Shown piece after piece: positions 1-10,427 of a DNA stretch of 64,000 bases; the stretch's first letter is position 1, and each line of letters opens with the position of its first letter. The notes beneath the pieces were generated by a model that ran no database searches, was not told the DNA's origin, and was given only the letters and a program-made list of their open reading frames with translations. Source of the DNA: an uncultured Terracidiphilus sp. GTDB taxonomy: Bacteria > Acidobacteriota > Terriglobia > Terriglobales > Acidobacteriaceae. Both the position numbers and the translations under genes were made by a program. The stretch spans positions 77,103 to 141,102 of the forward strand of contig CAZNAW010000006.1 in the NCBI GenBank assembly GCA_964571165.1, written 5' to 3'.

Positions 1-27
1 GCCCTTCGATTTGCGTCTAGCCGCCAT
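1..27 (-). CDS. hspR: Partial (runs off window edge) N-terminus of probable MerR-family heat-shock repressor HspR
   Basis: Minus-strand ATG at 27 reads MAARRKSKG; lies downstream of dnaJ; HAIR-like operator upstream of dnaK. Only 9 codons visible. Confidence 0.45.
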
Positions 28-85
28 CGTCTCGTCCCGAACCAGCTTACCGCAGTCCCTTTATTCAGTGCCCCAGCCCTGCCTT

Positions 86-1279
86 CTACAGCTTGTCGAA
101 CAGCGACACGCGCGGGTCCTGGTTGTTCAGCTTGGCCAGTTCGCGCATGATCTCCCGGCTGCGCTCGTCGTGCAGCGTAGGCACTACCACCTCGACGGTC
201 ACAATCTGGTCGCCGCGCTGGCCCGGCCGCTGCGCATTCTCCACGCCCCTTTCCCGCATGCGCAGCTTTTGCCCGCTCTGCGTCCCCGGAGGAATCTTCA
301 ACTGCGCGCGGCCGTCGATCGTCGGCACATCCACCTTGGCTCCTAAAGAAGCCTCGGCTATGGTCACCGGCACGGTCAGGTGGATATCGTCTCCCACCCG
401 CGAAAACACCGGGTGCGTCCCAGTGCGCACAATCACAAACAGGTCCCCGGCTGCGCCGCCGTTCAGCCCCGCGTTTCCCTTGCCCTGCAGCCGGATGCGC
501 TGCCCGTCCCGCGTTCCCGGCTTCATCCGGAACTCCACCGTCTCCGTCCGGCTCACCACTCCCTCGCCGTGGCAGGTTCCGCAGTCGTTCGAAATGCGGC
601 CCGTCCCATTGCACCGCGGACAGGGAATGTTGAACTTCATCCGTCCGCCCATCTGCGTCACCTGCCCTGAGCCGTTGCACTCCGGGCACTGCATCGGCCC
701 GCCTGTGTGCGCCTGTCCGTGGCACGTTGGACACGTCTCCTGCCGGTTCACCTGGATACGCGCCTGTCCGCCGCGAATGGCGGTCCAGAAGTCCACTGTC
801 GCCTGGTACTCCAGGTCGGTACCTGGCTGCGGCCCGCGCGGCCGCTGCGGATGCTGCGACCCAGAAAAGATCCCCGAAAAAATGTCCTTGAAGCTGCCCC
901 ACCCCGCCGAACCCGGACCCGTCTGCTGCCCCGCCTGGTGGCCCGGCCCGCCAAAGCCGGAAAAGTCGAATCCGTCAAAGTCCACCGAAGACCGTGAGCC
1001 CGCGCCCTGCTGCCGCGCATACGCCTCGGCCGCCGCCGGGTCGATCTGGTCAGAGTAAAACCCCACCTGGTCGTACACTTTTCGCTTCTTCTCGTCACTC
1101 AGCACGTCGTTGGCCTCGGAGATTTCCTTGAACTTCTCCTCGGCCTTCTTATCCCCTGGGTTCACGTCCGGGTGATACCGCCGCGCTGCCTTGCGGAACG
1201 CCTTGCGAATCTCCTCCGGCGTCGCCGTCTTCTTCACGCCAAGCGTTGCGTAATAGTCCTTGTTCTGGGTCGTTGGCAT
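86..1279 (-). CDS. dnaJ: Chaperone DnaJ
   Basis: J-domain with HPD, G/F-rich linker, four CxxCxGx zinc-finger repeats, C-terminal domain. Confidence 0.95.
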   Translation of the reverse strand: MPTTQNKDYYATLGVKKTATPEEIRKAFRKAARRYHPDVNPGDKKAEEKFKEISEANDVLSDEKKRKVYDQVGFYSDQIDPAAAEAYARQQGAGSRSSVDFDGFDFSGFGGPGHQAGQQTGPGSAGWGSFKDIFSGIFSGSQHPQRPRGPQPGTDLEYQATVDFWTAIRGGQARIQVNRQETCPTCHGQAHTGGPMQCPECNGSGQVTQMGGRMKFNIPCPRCNGTGRISNDCGTCHGEGVVSRTETVEFRMKPGTRDGQRIRLQGKGNAGLNGGAAGDLFVIVRTGTHPVFSRVGDDIHLTVPVTIAEASLGAKVDVPTIDGRAQLKIPPGTQSGQKLRMRERGVENAQRPGQRGDQIVTVEVVVPTLHDERSREIMRELAKLNNQDPRVSLFDKL

Positions 1280-1318
1280 AGTCTGTTTGGACTCGTTTCC
1301 TCGTTAAGCAGTATCCAC

Positions 1319-1669
1319 TCAGGCGATCTGTCTGGCCTTCAAATCCCCGTTCTCCGCCCGTGGTGCGGGAAAAATCTCTACTTCGATCCGCGCCATTACC
1401 TCCCGGCTGGCTAGCGCCAGATCGTACGACATCTGCATCTTCATCCAGAAATCCGGCGTCGTCCCAAAGTACCGCGCCAACCGCAGCGCCGTGTCCGCTG
1501 TAATCCCCCGCCGTTCTCGCAAAATCTCGGAGATCCGAGTTACGGGTACTCGCAATGCAAGGGCCAAAGCATTGGCTGAAAGTCCCAACGGTACAAGAAA
1601 ATCCTCACGCAGAAATTCGCCGGGGTGGATCGGCACACCTCTCTCCTCGTGCTTACGCGGAATACTCAT
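1319..1669 (-). CDS. higA: HigA-family antitoxin (HTH)
   Basis: IHPGEFLREDFL...ITADTALRLARYFGTT pattern, downstream of HigB. Confidence 0.92.
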   Translation of the reverse strand: MSIPRKHEERGVPIHPGEFLREDFLVPLGLSANALALALRVPVTRISEILRERRGITADTALRLARYFGTTPDFWMKMQMSYDLALASREVMARIEVEIFPAPRAENGDLKARQIA

Positions 1670-1681
1670 GGCCGACCCTCC

Positions 1682-1960
1682 TTAGTGATAGTCAACAATC
1701 TCTACGTCCCAAGCGTCGCTGCCGTCCCAGCGGAAGCAAACCCGGTACCGGTCGTTGATGCGGATGCTCCACTGGCCCTCCCGGTCGCCTTTCAGCTTCT
1801 CCAGCCGGTTGCCGGGTGGTTTCAACAAATCCTCGATCGCGCTCGCGTAATCCAAAGCCTGCAACCGCCGCGCCGCGATCCGTGCAATGTTCGCCTTTCG
1901 CCGGCTCGTTCCGGTCAGGAAAATCGCTTCCGTCACATCGTCGGCGAAGGACTGGATCAT
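1682..1960 (-). CDS. higB: HigB/RelE-family toxin
   Basis: MIQSF...PPGNRLEKLKGDREGQWSIRINDRYRVCF...VDYH; toxin-first gene order. Confidence 0.92.
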   Translation of the reverse strand: MIQSFADDVTEAIFLTGTSRRKANIARIAARRLQALDYASAIEDLLKPPGNRLEKLKGDREGQWSIRINDRYRVCFRWDGSDAWDVEIVDYH

Positions 1961-1997
1961 GCTTAACGTTTATCGTAACACGGGAAACGGTAAGCAT
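1959..1997. promoter_or_regulatory. Inverted repeat, probable HigA operator
   Basis: ATGCTTAACGTTT (1959-1971) and AAACGGTAAGCAT (1985-1997), 12/13 complementary, adjoining the higB start. Confidence 0.55.
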
Positions 1998-2022
1998 TCC
2001 ATATGTGTGTTATCGTTTCGCC

Positions 2023-3144
2023 ATGCGAAAGACGACCTTCGTGCGCACACTCTGCTACCTATTCTGCTTCCCCGCACTCTGCTTGGTCTGCGTACAAACC
2101 TTCGCCCAAGATGCAACGCCAGCCCCAGTGCCTGCGCCAGTCTCGGTCGCTGCTTCAGGCAAAGCCGCTCCTGCTGCCGCAGCCGTTTTGCCCAGCGACC
2201 CAAAGGCGTTGATGATGCTAGCAGTCAAAACCAATGGACTGACAGGTCCCGACGTTCATCCTTGGCACTTGAAGGCTACTTATCAGTTACTCGACGAAAA
2301 GGGCAGCATCACTGACCATGGGACCTATGAGGAGTTCTACGTCAGCCCGACAAAATTCAAGCGCACCTATGCCAGCACAGCATTCACGCTAACTGAATAC
2401 GGAACAGAGAAGGGCGTTCTACGATCAGGCGCTCGCAATGCGCAGTCGATTCAAATAGCCGCAATTCACCGTGAATTCGTTAACCCCATGCCGAGCGAGC
2501 AGGAAATTGAGCACGAGAGTTTCGAGTTGCAACAACGAGAGGCAAGTGGCGGAAATCTTACCTGCCTAACAGTAACGGGCGCGCGTGTAGACTCCGGCCG
2601 CACCTACTGTCTAGCTGCCGATAAGCCCATTCTCCGAATCGCCGCTTCTGCCGGCGGGTGGACCCAAGCTCTTCATAACCGAATCGTGAGTTTCCAAGGC
2701 CATTTCATCGCTCAGGACCTTCGAATACTACGCTCCGGCAAGCTTGCCATAACCGCTCAGATTGACGTCGTTGAATCACTGAATCCGGTCGATGAGATAG
2801 ATTTCACGCCCTCTCCCGATGCAATGCTGGTGCCTCAAAGAATCGACGCTTCCGCCGGAGTAACCCAGGGTCATCTCCTCAGTAAAACCTCCCCGTCCTA
2901 TCCGCCTGCGGCTAGATCTGCAGGCGTTTCAGGAACAGTCGTTCTCCAGGCTGTGATCGGTCTGGACGGCCATATCGAAGAGTTGCGCGTGATCAGCGGC
3001 CCGCTAATCTTACAGCAGGCAGCAATAGACGCCGTGCGAGCGTGGGTGTATAAACCCTTTCTCGTGAATAGTGAACCCGTCGAGATAAACACAACCATCA
3101 ACGTCGTCTTCGCTCTCGGCATCCCCATGGGCGGAAGATATTGA
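2023..3144 (+). CDS. Exported protein with C-terminal TonB domain
   Basis: Signal peptide from ATG 2023; PSYPPAARSAGVSGTVVLQAVIGLDG...AAIDAVRAWVYKP TonB_C motif. Confidence 0.85.
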   Translation: MRKTTFVRTLCYLFCFPALCLVCVQTFAQDATPAPVPAPVSVAASGKAAPAAAAVLPSDPKALMMLAVKTNGLTGPDVHPWHLKATYQLLDEKGSITDHGTYEEFYVSPTKFKRTYASTAFTLTEYGTEKGVLRSGARNAQSIQIAAIHREFVNPMPSEQEIEHESFELQQREASGGNLTCLTVTGARVDSGRTYCLAADKPILRIAASAGGWTQALHNRIVSFQGHFIAQDLRILRSGKLAITAQIDVVESLNPVDEIDFTPSPDAMLVPQRIDASAGVTQGHLLSKTSPSYPPAARSAGVSGTVVLQAVIGLDGHIEELRVISGPLILQQAAIDAVRAWVYKPFLVNSEPVEINTTINVVFALGIPMGGRY

Positions 3145-3152
3145 AAGAAGTT

Positions 3153-3181
3153 GGGGTGGGCAACGAACCGTCGCCCACCCC
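3153..3181. terminator. Probable bidirectional intrinsic terminator
   Basis: GGGGTGGGC...GCCCACCCC stem between convergent tonB-like gene and dnaK. Confidence 0.65.
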
Positions 3182-3224
3182 TAAGTTTTCCGCCGGAACG
3201 GCGGGTATGCCTGGACGGCCAGTC

Positions 3225-5147
3225 CTACTTCTTGTCTTCCACGTCCACATACTCCGCGTCGATCACGCCTTCGTCCTTCTTCTGCCCGGCTGCTGAATCT
3301 TCCGGTGCAACGGTCGGTCCTGTTCCCGCAGCGGCAGAAGCCGCATTGGCCTTGTACATCACTTCGGCCAGCTTATGACTGGCGTGGGTCAGCTTCTCGT
3401 GCGCGTCCTTCAGCTCCTTCGATGTAGGCGTGCCTTCCAGCACCTTCTTCGACTCAGCCAGAACCGACTCAACCTCGACCTTCTCGGGACCCTGAATCTT
3501 GTCGCCGCTCTCCTTCAACATCTTCTCGATGTTGTAGACCAGCGAATCCAGGTGGTTGCGCGCTTCGATCTCGTCGCGCTTCTCCTTGTCCTCGGCGGAG
3601 TGCGACTCGGCTTCCCTGGCCATCTGCTCCACTTCTTCCTTGCTCAAACCCGAGCTTGAAGTAATGGTGATGCGCGTGTCCTTGCCCGTCGCGTTGTCTT
3701 TTGCCGTCACGTTCAAAATTCCGTTGGCATCGATGTCGAACGTGACCTCGATCTGCGGAATCCCGCGCGGCGCCGGAGGAATACCACCCAATTTGAACTT
3801 GCCCAGCGTCCGGTTCTGCGCAGCCAGGGGCCGCTCGCCCTGCAGCACATGCACCTCGACTTCAGTCTGCGAATCCGCCGCCGTTGAGAAAGTCTCTGTC
3901 TTCTTGGTCGGGATCGTCGTGTTGCGCTGAATCATGGTCGTCGCCACGCCGCCCAGCGTCTCGATCGATAGCGTCAGCGGCGTCACGTCCAGCAGCAGCA
4001 GATCCTTTACCTCGCCGGCCAACACACCCGCCTGCACTGCCGCGCCTACGGCCACAACCTCATCGGGATTCACCCCCCGATGCGGCTCCCGGCCAAACAT
4101 CGTCTTTACAATCTCCTGGATCTTCGGCATGCGCGTTTGCCCGCCCACCAGAACCACTTCGTCGATCTGGCTTGTGGTCACGCCCGCGTCCGTCAGCGCT
4201 TTCTTGCATGGCTCCAGCGACCGTTCCAGCAGGTCCTCGACCAGCTGCTCCAGCTTGGCGCGCGTCAGTTTCCGCACCAAGTGCTTCGGGCCGGTCGCAT
4301 CCGCCGTGACAAACGGCAGATTGATCTCTGTCTCGATGGTCGTCGACAGCTCGATCTTGGCCTTTTCCGCGGCATCCTTCAGCCGCTGCAGTGCCATTTC
4401 GTTGCCCTTCGACGCCAGATCGAGCCCCTGCTCCTGCTTGAACTCGGCGATCAGCCACTCCACAATCCGCTGGTCAAGGTTGTCGCCGCCCAGGTGGGTA
4501 TCCCCGTTCGTGGACTTCACTTCGATCACGCCCTCGCCCACTTCAAGAATGGAGATATCGAAGGTGCCGCCGCCAAAGTCGTACACCGCAATGGTCTCGT
4601 TCTTCTTCTTGTCCAGTCCATAGGCAAGCGCCGCCGCGGTCGGCTCGTTCACAATCCTCTTTACATCCAGCCCGGCAATCTTGCCCGCGTCCTTGGTCGC
4701 CTGCCGCTGCGCGTCGTTGAAGTACGCCGGCACCGTGATCACGGCCTCGGTCACTGTCTCGCCCAGGTAGGCCTCGGCGCTCTTCTTCAGCTTCTGCAGA
4801 ATCATGGCCGCGATCTCAGGCGGCGTGTATTCCTTGCCCTGCGCCACTACGACCACATGGTCGCCCTGTTGCGCCACCTTGTAGGGCACCATCTTCATCT
4901 CGTCGTTCACTTCGTTGTACCGACGTCCCATAAATCGCTTGATCGAGAAGATGGTGTTCTCGGGGTTGGTAATCGCCTGACGCTTGGCCACCTGGCCCAC
5001 CAGCCGCTCCCCGCTCTTCGAGAACGCGACAATTGAGGGCGTTGTCCGCGCACCCTCTTCATTTGCAATCACTTTGGGCTCTCCGCCCTCCAGAACGGCC
5101 ACGCACGAATTCGTGGTGCCGAGGTCAATGCCGATAATCTTTGCCAT
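3225..5147 (-). CDS. dnaK: Chaperone DnaK
   Basis: [26 protein letters not shown] Hsp70 signatures; 640 aa. Confidence 0.98.
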   Translation of the reverse strand: MAKIIGIDLGTTNSCVAVLEGGEPKVIANEEGARTTPSIVAFSKSGERLVGQVAKRQAITNPENTIFSIKRFMGRRYNEVNDEMKMVPYKVAQQGDHVVVVAQGKEYTPPEIAAMILQKLKKSAEAYLGETVTEAVITVPAYFNDAQRQATKDAGKIAGLDVKRIVNEPTAAALAYGLDKKKNETIAVYDFGGGTFDISILEVGEGVIEVKSTNGDTHLGGDNLDQRIVEWLIAEFKQEQGLDLASKGNEMALQRLKDAAEKAKIELSTTIETEINLPFVTADATGPKHLVRKLTRAKLEQLVEDLLERSLEPCKKALTDAGVTTSQIDEVVLVGGQTRMPKIQEIVKTMFGREPHRGVNPDEVVAVGAAVQAGVLAGEVKDLLLLDVTPLTLSIETLGGVATTMIQRNTTIPTKKTETFSTAADSQTEVEVHVLQGERPLAAQNRTLGKFKLGGIPPAPRGIPQIEVTFDIDANGILNVTAKDNATGKDTRITITSSSGLSKEEVEQMAREAESHSAEDKEKRDEIEARNHLDSLVYNIEKMLKESGDKIQGPEKVEVESVLAESKKVLEGTPTSKELKDAHEKLTHASHKLAEVMYKANAASAAAGTGPTVAPEDSAAGQKKDEGVIDAEYVDVEDKK

Positions 5148-5199
5148 GGTTGGATTTCCTGCCTGTCTAATAAAATTCTGACTCTTTTAAGATGCATCA

Positions 5200-5218
5200 T
5201 TGAGTGAGATAGTGTCAA
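5200..5218 (-). promoter_or_regulatory. HAIR-like HspR operator overlapping a TTGACA -35 of dnaK
   Basis: TTGAGT-N7-TGTCAA versus consensus TTGAGT-N7-ACTCAA; right arm is TTGACA on the minus strand. Confidence 0.6.
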
Positions 5219-5268
5219 CTTTATTTGATTGCATCTCCATAAAGATTCCGTTCCCTCTCGCGGCGCCC

Positions 5269-5346
5269 GGGTGCCCCGGACTCTGCGCCCGCGGCGACAG
5301 GCTCTCGCCGGTGGAGTTCGAGGATGGTCTTTGAGACCTGGGAAGC
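5269..5346 (+). repeat. REP-like element (GGGTGCCCC family)
   Basis: GGGTGCCCCGG...GAGACCTGGGAAGC; similar ends at 10342 and 63702. Confidence 0.45.
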
Positions 5347-5458
5347 CAACGATGCAACCGCTCCAGCCGCGGCCAGAACATCATCCCGCCAACACATCGA
5401 CTTCCCGTCACTGGCGCCCATCCCCCCAATCGTTTACCCTCAGAACATTCCCTCCGTC

Positions 5459-7039
5459 ATGACGACCGCTGCCGCACAAGCCCGCTACCCGCTCACCCAG
5501 GGCGTCAACCCGTGGCTTGTGACCGCCTCGGTCATGCTCCCCACCTTCATGGAGGTGCTCGACACGGCCATCGCATCGGTGGCCCTCCCTTACATCGCCG
5601 GCAGCCTATCGGCCTCCAACTCCGAGGCCACATGGGTTCTGACCAGCTATCTGGTGGCCAACGCCGTCATCCTTCCCGCCTCAAACTGGTTTGCCCGGCG
5701 CTTCGGACGCAAGCGTTTTCTGCTTTCCTGCGTCATCATCTTTACCATCGCCTCGTTCTTCTGCGGCGCCGCTCCGTCGCTGGGCGTCATCCTCCTCGCC
5801 CGCGTCCTTCAGGGAGCTGGCGGCGGCGCTTTGCAACCCCTCTCGCAGTCCATCCTGCTGGAGAGCTTTCCTGTCTCCAAGCGCTCCATGTCCATGGCCG
5901 CCTATGGCCTGGGCATCGTGGTTGCCCCCGTCCTGGGACCAACGCTCGGCGGTTGGCTGACAGATACGTTCAGCTGGCGCTATGCCTTCTATATCAATAT
6001 TCCCGTGGGCATTCTGGCCGTCTACATGATCAGCCGCTTCGTCCACGATCCGCCCTACATCAAGCACGCCAAGGTTGGCCCGTTTGACAACATCGGCTTC
6101 GGCCTCCTGGCCGTGTGGACCGGCTGCCTGCAGATTGTGCTCGACAAAGGACAGGAAGACGACTGGTTCGGCGCCCTCTGGGTGCGCTGGGCGGTAGCGA
6201 CGCTGGTGGTTGCCCTGGCGCTCTGGATCTGGCATTCCTGGACACATCCCAATGGCCTGTTGGACCTTCACGTCCTCAAAAACCGCAACTTCCGCACCGG
6301 CTGCATCCTGATTGCGATGCTGGGGATGTGCATCTACATCACCATCGCTATCCTTCCCCTTTATTATCAGGAGATTCTAGGCTACACGGCCTTTACTGCC
6401 GGCCTGGTTGTGGCTCCGCGTGGCCTGGGGTCCATTGTCGCTTCGCCCATTATCGGCCTTCTTGGTTCCCGCATCGACAACCGCAAGCTGCTCACCGCCG
6501 GCTTTCTCGGCTTCGGTTTTTGCGCCCTGCTGTTTGGCACCGTGGACCTCAGCACTGGCCCCTACACGCTGTTGGTTCCCATCCTGGTGACGGGTTTTGC
6601 GCTGACCTTCGTTTTTGTGCCCATGGCCACCCTGAGCATGGCCACCATCCCCAATAAGGAAATGGGGAACGCCACTGGGCTCTCCAACATGCTGCGCAAC
6701 ATTGGGGGCTCCATCGGAATCTCCATGGCGACCACTGCCCTGGTACGCCGCGCGGCGCTTCATCAAACCAGCATCGGCGCAAACGTGACTCCTTCCACTT
6801 GGGTGCTGCAGCAGAAGTCCGCCGCCATTGCCTCCTATCTTGGCCACCGCCTCGGCTCGGCGCAGGCTCGTCCCGGCACATTCGGCCTCCTCTACAACCT
6901 GATGGAACAGCAAGCCGCCCTCAAAGCATACGTCGATGTCTTCCGCTGGACCGCCCTCCTGGCTTTCATCTGCGCGGGCGCCGCCTGGCTCTTTAAAAAG
7001 CCCGCCAAACACGCCGCACCGCCGCCGGGCATGCACTGA
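5459..7039 (+). CDS. DHA2/EmrB-family MFS efflux permease
   Basis: MEVLDTAIASVAL, DKGQEDDWF motifs; many hydrophobic segments. Confidence 0.92.
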   Translation: MTTAAAQARYPLTQGVNPWLVTASVMLPTFMEVLDTAIASVALPYIAGSLSASNSEATWVLTSYLVANAVILPASNWFARRFGRKRFLLSCVIIFTIASFFCGAAPSLGVILLARVLQGAGGGALQPLSQSILLESFPVSKRSMSMAAYGLGIVVAPVLGPTLGGWLTDTFSWRYAFYINIPVGILAVYMISRFVHDPPYIKHAKVGPFDNIGFGLLAVWTGCLQIVLDKGQEDDWFGALWVRWAVATLVVALALWIWHSWTHPNGLLDLHVLKNRNFRTGCILIAMLGMCIYITIAILPLYYQEILGYTAFTAGLVVAPRGLGSIVASPIIGLLGSRIDNRKLLTAGFLGFGFCALLFGTVDLSTGPYTLLVPILVTGFALTFVFVPMATLSMATIPNKEMGNATGLSNMLRNIGGSIGISMATTALVRRAALHQTSIGANVTPSTWVLQQKSAAIASYLGHRLGSAQARPGTFGLLYNLMEQQAALKAYVDVFRWTALLAFICAGAAWLFKKPAKHAAPPPGMH

Positions 7040-7210
7040 GAGAGCAATCGAGAGTTCCCAGAGCATTCCGTGCTGGCACCGGTCAGTCCGCATCGCTGAC
7101 TGCACGGCAGCTTCGGACCCATTCCCTGCCCCGCTCCAGTTCCTGCGCAGCCTTTTTCCCCGCAAATGGCCTGCAAGGTGCAAAATAAAGAGCAGGAAGG
7201 TTACAATCTG

Positions 7211-8194
7211 ATGAATTCAGGCTCTCTTCCTTCCTGCGAACAGCACGGTGTATCTCTCCAACCGGAGTGGCAGAGGCAGCTTGCCGCATGGCGCGATTTG
7301 CTTGCCCAATGCGCCTCGAAGCCCAACCGCAAGCGCGTCCATGCCCTGCGCAGCCTCACCTTGCGCCTGCGCACAGTGCTGGAGTTTCTGCTCGAGGAAC
7401 ACGCCGCGGAATCGACCTGTGCCCATGCGTTCACGCGTTGGAATCGAGAAGGGAAGAAGCTGCGACGTGCGCTGGAGCCGGTTCGCAATGCGGATGTGTA
7501 CATGGCCCGCCTGGCCGGCCTCCGCGAAAACCTCGCCGGTTCACCAGACAGCGATATACTTCCCAGCTCCCGCTGCCTGCGCGAGACCGGCAAACTGTTG
7601 AGCCGCCTGGAGCGACGGCGCCGGAAGGGCGTCGACCGGCTCATGGCCGTGATGGATGCTCGCAACAAACACTTGAACCGGCTTAGTGAAGAGATGGAGG
7701 CAGCGCTTGCCCCTCGCATGCCCTCCGGGACAAGTAACACTCGACAGGTGGCATTGCGCCTGTTCAGCGAGCTGGCCGACGAGGTTCCCGGCCTCGACAG
7801 CGCCAACCTTCACGCATATCGCAAGCGCATCAAGAAAGCCCTGTACCTGGCTGAGATTTCCGCCCCAACGGATCCAGAGGCCAGACAGTTGGCCGCAGTC
7901 CTCAGGAAGATGCATGTGGCCGCCGGCGAGTGGCACGATTGGCAGCAGCTTGCTTCTGAGGCGGAGCGCGTCCTTCCGGACCATGGCAAGCAGGACGGCC
8001 TGGTCCCCGTGCTGAATCAGCAGGCCGAGGCGGCTCTCAAAAGGGCTCTCAGTCTCTGCCGGCGATCACCGGCGCGCTTTTTCAAGAGCACGGGCGAAAC
8101 TCGGACCTCCCAACAGCGAAAGCCCGTCGCCTCGGTGCCCATACCGGCTCAATTCGCCAACGCCACAAACCTTAGCGCCTCTTCGTCCCACTGA
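7211..8194 (+). CDS. CHAD-domain protein (putative polyphosphate-binding)
   Basis: VHALRSLTLRLR, VRNADV, LHAYRKRIKKALY, GEWHD motifs; basic and helical; start uncertain. Confidence 0.8.
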   Translation: MNSGSLPSCEQHGVSLQPEWQRQLAAWRDLLAQCASKPNRKRVHALRSLTLRLRTVLEFLLEEHAAESTCAHAFTRWNREGKKLRRALEPVRNADVYMARLAGLRENLAGSPDSDILPSSRCLRETGKLLSRLERRRRKGVDRLMAVMDARNKHLNRLSEEMEAALAPRMPSGTSNTRQVALRLFSELADEVPGLDSANLHAYRKRIKKALYLAEISAPTDPEARQLAAVLRKMHVAAGEWHDWQQLASEAERVLPDHGKQDGLVPVLNQQAEAALKRALSLCRRSPARFFKSTGETRTSQQRKPVASVPIPAQFANATNLSASSSH

Positions 8195-8766
8195 TCAATC
8201 CGCCCGCTGAGAATGTCGTAGTACCATCCGTGCACCGTTAGCCGCCCTTCCGCCACCGCCCGCGCCACCGCAGGCTGCGCTCGCAGATTCCACAGTTGCG
8301 CCACCACATTCCCGCGAATCAGCGCGGCCAGCTCGGCGTGTTCCCCATCCGCTGGATTCAGCGGCTGCCGGTGCGAAAAAGCCGCCTCAACGTGGCTCAG
8401 CCAGCGCCGCGCCTTGGGCATCGTCTCCAGTCCCTCGCGGTCCAGCGCGGCCCTCAGCGCCCCGCAGTCCGAATGCCCGCATAAAATCGCGCTCTTCACC
8501 TTCAGCACCTCGACGGCGTATTCGATCGTCGCCGTCACCCCGTCCACGTCTTGGCTGGCAATCGGCACCACATTGCCTGCATTCCGCGTAATGAACAGGT
8601 CTCCCGGTCCGGTACCCAAAATCAGGTCGGGCACCACCCGCGAGTCGGAACAGGTGATGAACAGCCATTCCGGCGACTGCCGGTCGGCCAGCAGTTGAAA
8701 CTGATCGCGCTTGCCGGGAAAAACCTCTGACAGAAACCGCTTGTGCCCTTCAATCAATCGATCCAT
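8149..8766 (-). CDS. Beta-class carbonic anhydrase
   Basis: CSDSR and HSDCG zinc ligands, RNAGN. Confidence 0.93.
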   Translation of the reverse strand: MDRLIEGHKRFLSEVFPGKRDQFQLLADRQSPEWLFITCSDSRVVPDLILGTGPGDLFITRNAGNVVPIASQDVDGVTATIEYAVEVLKVKSAILCGHSDCGALRAALDREGLETMPKARRWLSHVEAAFSHRQPLNPADGEHAELAALIRGNVVAQLWNLRAQPAVARAVAEGRLTVHGWYYDILSGRIDQWDEEALRFVALAN

Positions 8767-8900
8767 CCGCCCCCCGCCCATTTCCCCACCTCCGGGCCTT
8801 GCGCCCGTCTCAGCCCAGCCTATCGCACCTCTGACCGAACTGATACCTTTGTCGGTGTCAGTTTTACAAGCGAGCGGTAACCCAAAGGAAAAGAACGACT

Positions 8901-10319
8901 ATGAAACACATTGAGAGACTTTTCGGTTCTGCAATTCTGCTTATGTTGATTAGCTCAGCCCTGGTGCAGGCGCAGAGCGTCGATACCATTGACCCCACCC
9001 TCCAAAATCGAATCGATCGCATCGTATCGCAGGTCCTCGACCAGACCGGCGTCCCTTCAGCCTCCGTCGCCGTGGTCAAATCCGGCAAGCTCGTTTATAC
9101 CCATGCCTACGGCAGCGCCCGCCTCGCCACGGACACGTCTCCCGCCATCCCCGCCACGCCCGCGATGCGCTACTCCATCGGCTCCATCTCAAAGCAGTTC
9201 ACGGCCGCCGCCATCCTTCTGCTTCAGGAAGAAGGCAAGCTCTCTCTCGACGACACGGTGGGCAAGTACATCCCCGGTCTGACTCAAGGGGATAAGGTGA
9301 CCATCCGCCAAATTCTTTCCCACACATCCGGCTACCAGGACTACTGGCCCGAAGACTATGTGATGACTCCCATGCTCCACCCCGAGAGCGCCCAGCAGAT
9401 CCTCGACACCTGGGCCAAGAAGCCCCTCGACTTCGAGCCTGGAACCCAATGGCAGTACTCCAACACCAATTTCGTCATCGCCGGCCGCATCGTCGAGACC
9501 GTCACTGGCGCACCCCTCATGGACTTCCTCACCCGCCGGATCTTCCGCCCCCTCGGCATGAACTCCGTGTGGAACTCCGATGAAGCCAAACTCACCTCTG
9601 TCGATGCTACGGCCTACTATCGCCATGCCCTCGGACCCCTCCGCGTGGCCCCGAAGGAGGGCCGAGGCTGGATGTTTGCCGCCGGTGAGCTGGCGATGAC
9701 TGCCCACGACCTAGCCCTCTGGGATCAGAGCCTTATCGCTCAATCCATCCTCAAACCCGAGAGCTACAAAGAGATGTTCACGGAGATCAAGCTCAAAGAC
9801 GGCAAGGGCACCCACTACGGGCTCGGCGTTGAAGTCACAGCCCGCAACGGCCACCGCTCCATCGAGCACTCCGGCGAAGTCTCCGGCTTCGTCTCGGACA
9901 ACGAGGTGCTGGTGGACGACGGAGTGGCCGTGGCCGTCCTCACCAACCAGGACGCGGTGGGAGCGGCCGCCACCATTGCCCGGCTCGCCACGCCCGTTGT
10001 CCTCGGCATAATGGCCGCCTCATCCGCCGAAACGCAGGCTTTCGCCATCTACCACGATCTTCAACAAGGCCGCATCGACCGCAGCCTGCTGGCGCCCAAC
10101 CTGAGCGACTACTTCACCGCCGAGGCTCTGGCCGACTTTCAGGCGAGCCTGGCGCCCCTGGGCGAGCCGCTTACCTTCGTCCAGACAGCCACCGAGCTGC
10201 GCGGCGGTATGACCTTCCACAGCTTTGAGATTGTTTACCCCGGCAAGCACCTCAGGCTCACAACGTACACCTATCCCGACGGCAAGCTGGAGCAATACCT
10301 TATTGCCCCGGCGGAATAG
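8901..10319 (+). CDS. Secreted serine hydrolase, beta-lactamase/AmpC-like family
   Basis: Signal peptide; SISK (SxxK), YSN, HSG motifs. Confidence 0.88.
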   Translation: MKHIERLFGSAILLMLISSALVQAQSVDTIDPTLQNRIDRIVSQVLDQTGVPSASVAVVKSGKLVYTHAYGSARLATDTSPAIPATPAMRYSIGSISKQFTAAAILLLQEEGKLSLDDTVGKYIPGLTQGDKVTIRQILSHTSGYQDYWPEDYVMTPMLHPESAQQILDTWAKKPLDFEPGTQWQYSNTNFVIAGRIVETVTGAPLMDFLTRRIFRPLGMNSVWNSDEAKLTSVDATAYYRHALGPLRVAPKEGRGWMFAAGELAMTAHDLALWDQSLIAQSILKPESYKEMFTEIKLKDGKGTHYGLGVEVTARNGHRSIEHSGEVSGFVSDNEVLVDDGVAVAVLTNQDAVGAAATIARLATPVVLGIMAASSAETQAFAIYHDLQQGRIDRSLLAPNLSDYFTAEALADFQASLAPLGEPLTFVQTATELRGGMTFHSFEIVYPGKHLRLTTYTYPDGKLEQYLIAPAE

Positions 10320-10341
10320 GCTCTGTCTGTCCCCAAAAACC

Positions 10342-10390
10342 GGTGTCCCAGATTTCGTTTTCGAGGCCTGGGAAAAACACGGACCCCAAC
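10342..10390 (+). repeat. REP-like hairpin
   Basis: GGTGTCCCAG...CTGGGAAAAACACGGACCCCAAC, same layout as 63702-63759. Confidence 0.5.
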
Positions 10391-10427
10391 CTCCCATCCC
10401 GCCCCGCGATACACTTGAGCTTGACCT

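Noticed and set aside
8901..10319. Antibiotic-resistance beta-lactamase
   Set aside because: Motifs fit the broad serine hydrolase family; resistance cannot be inferred
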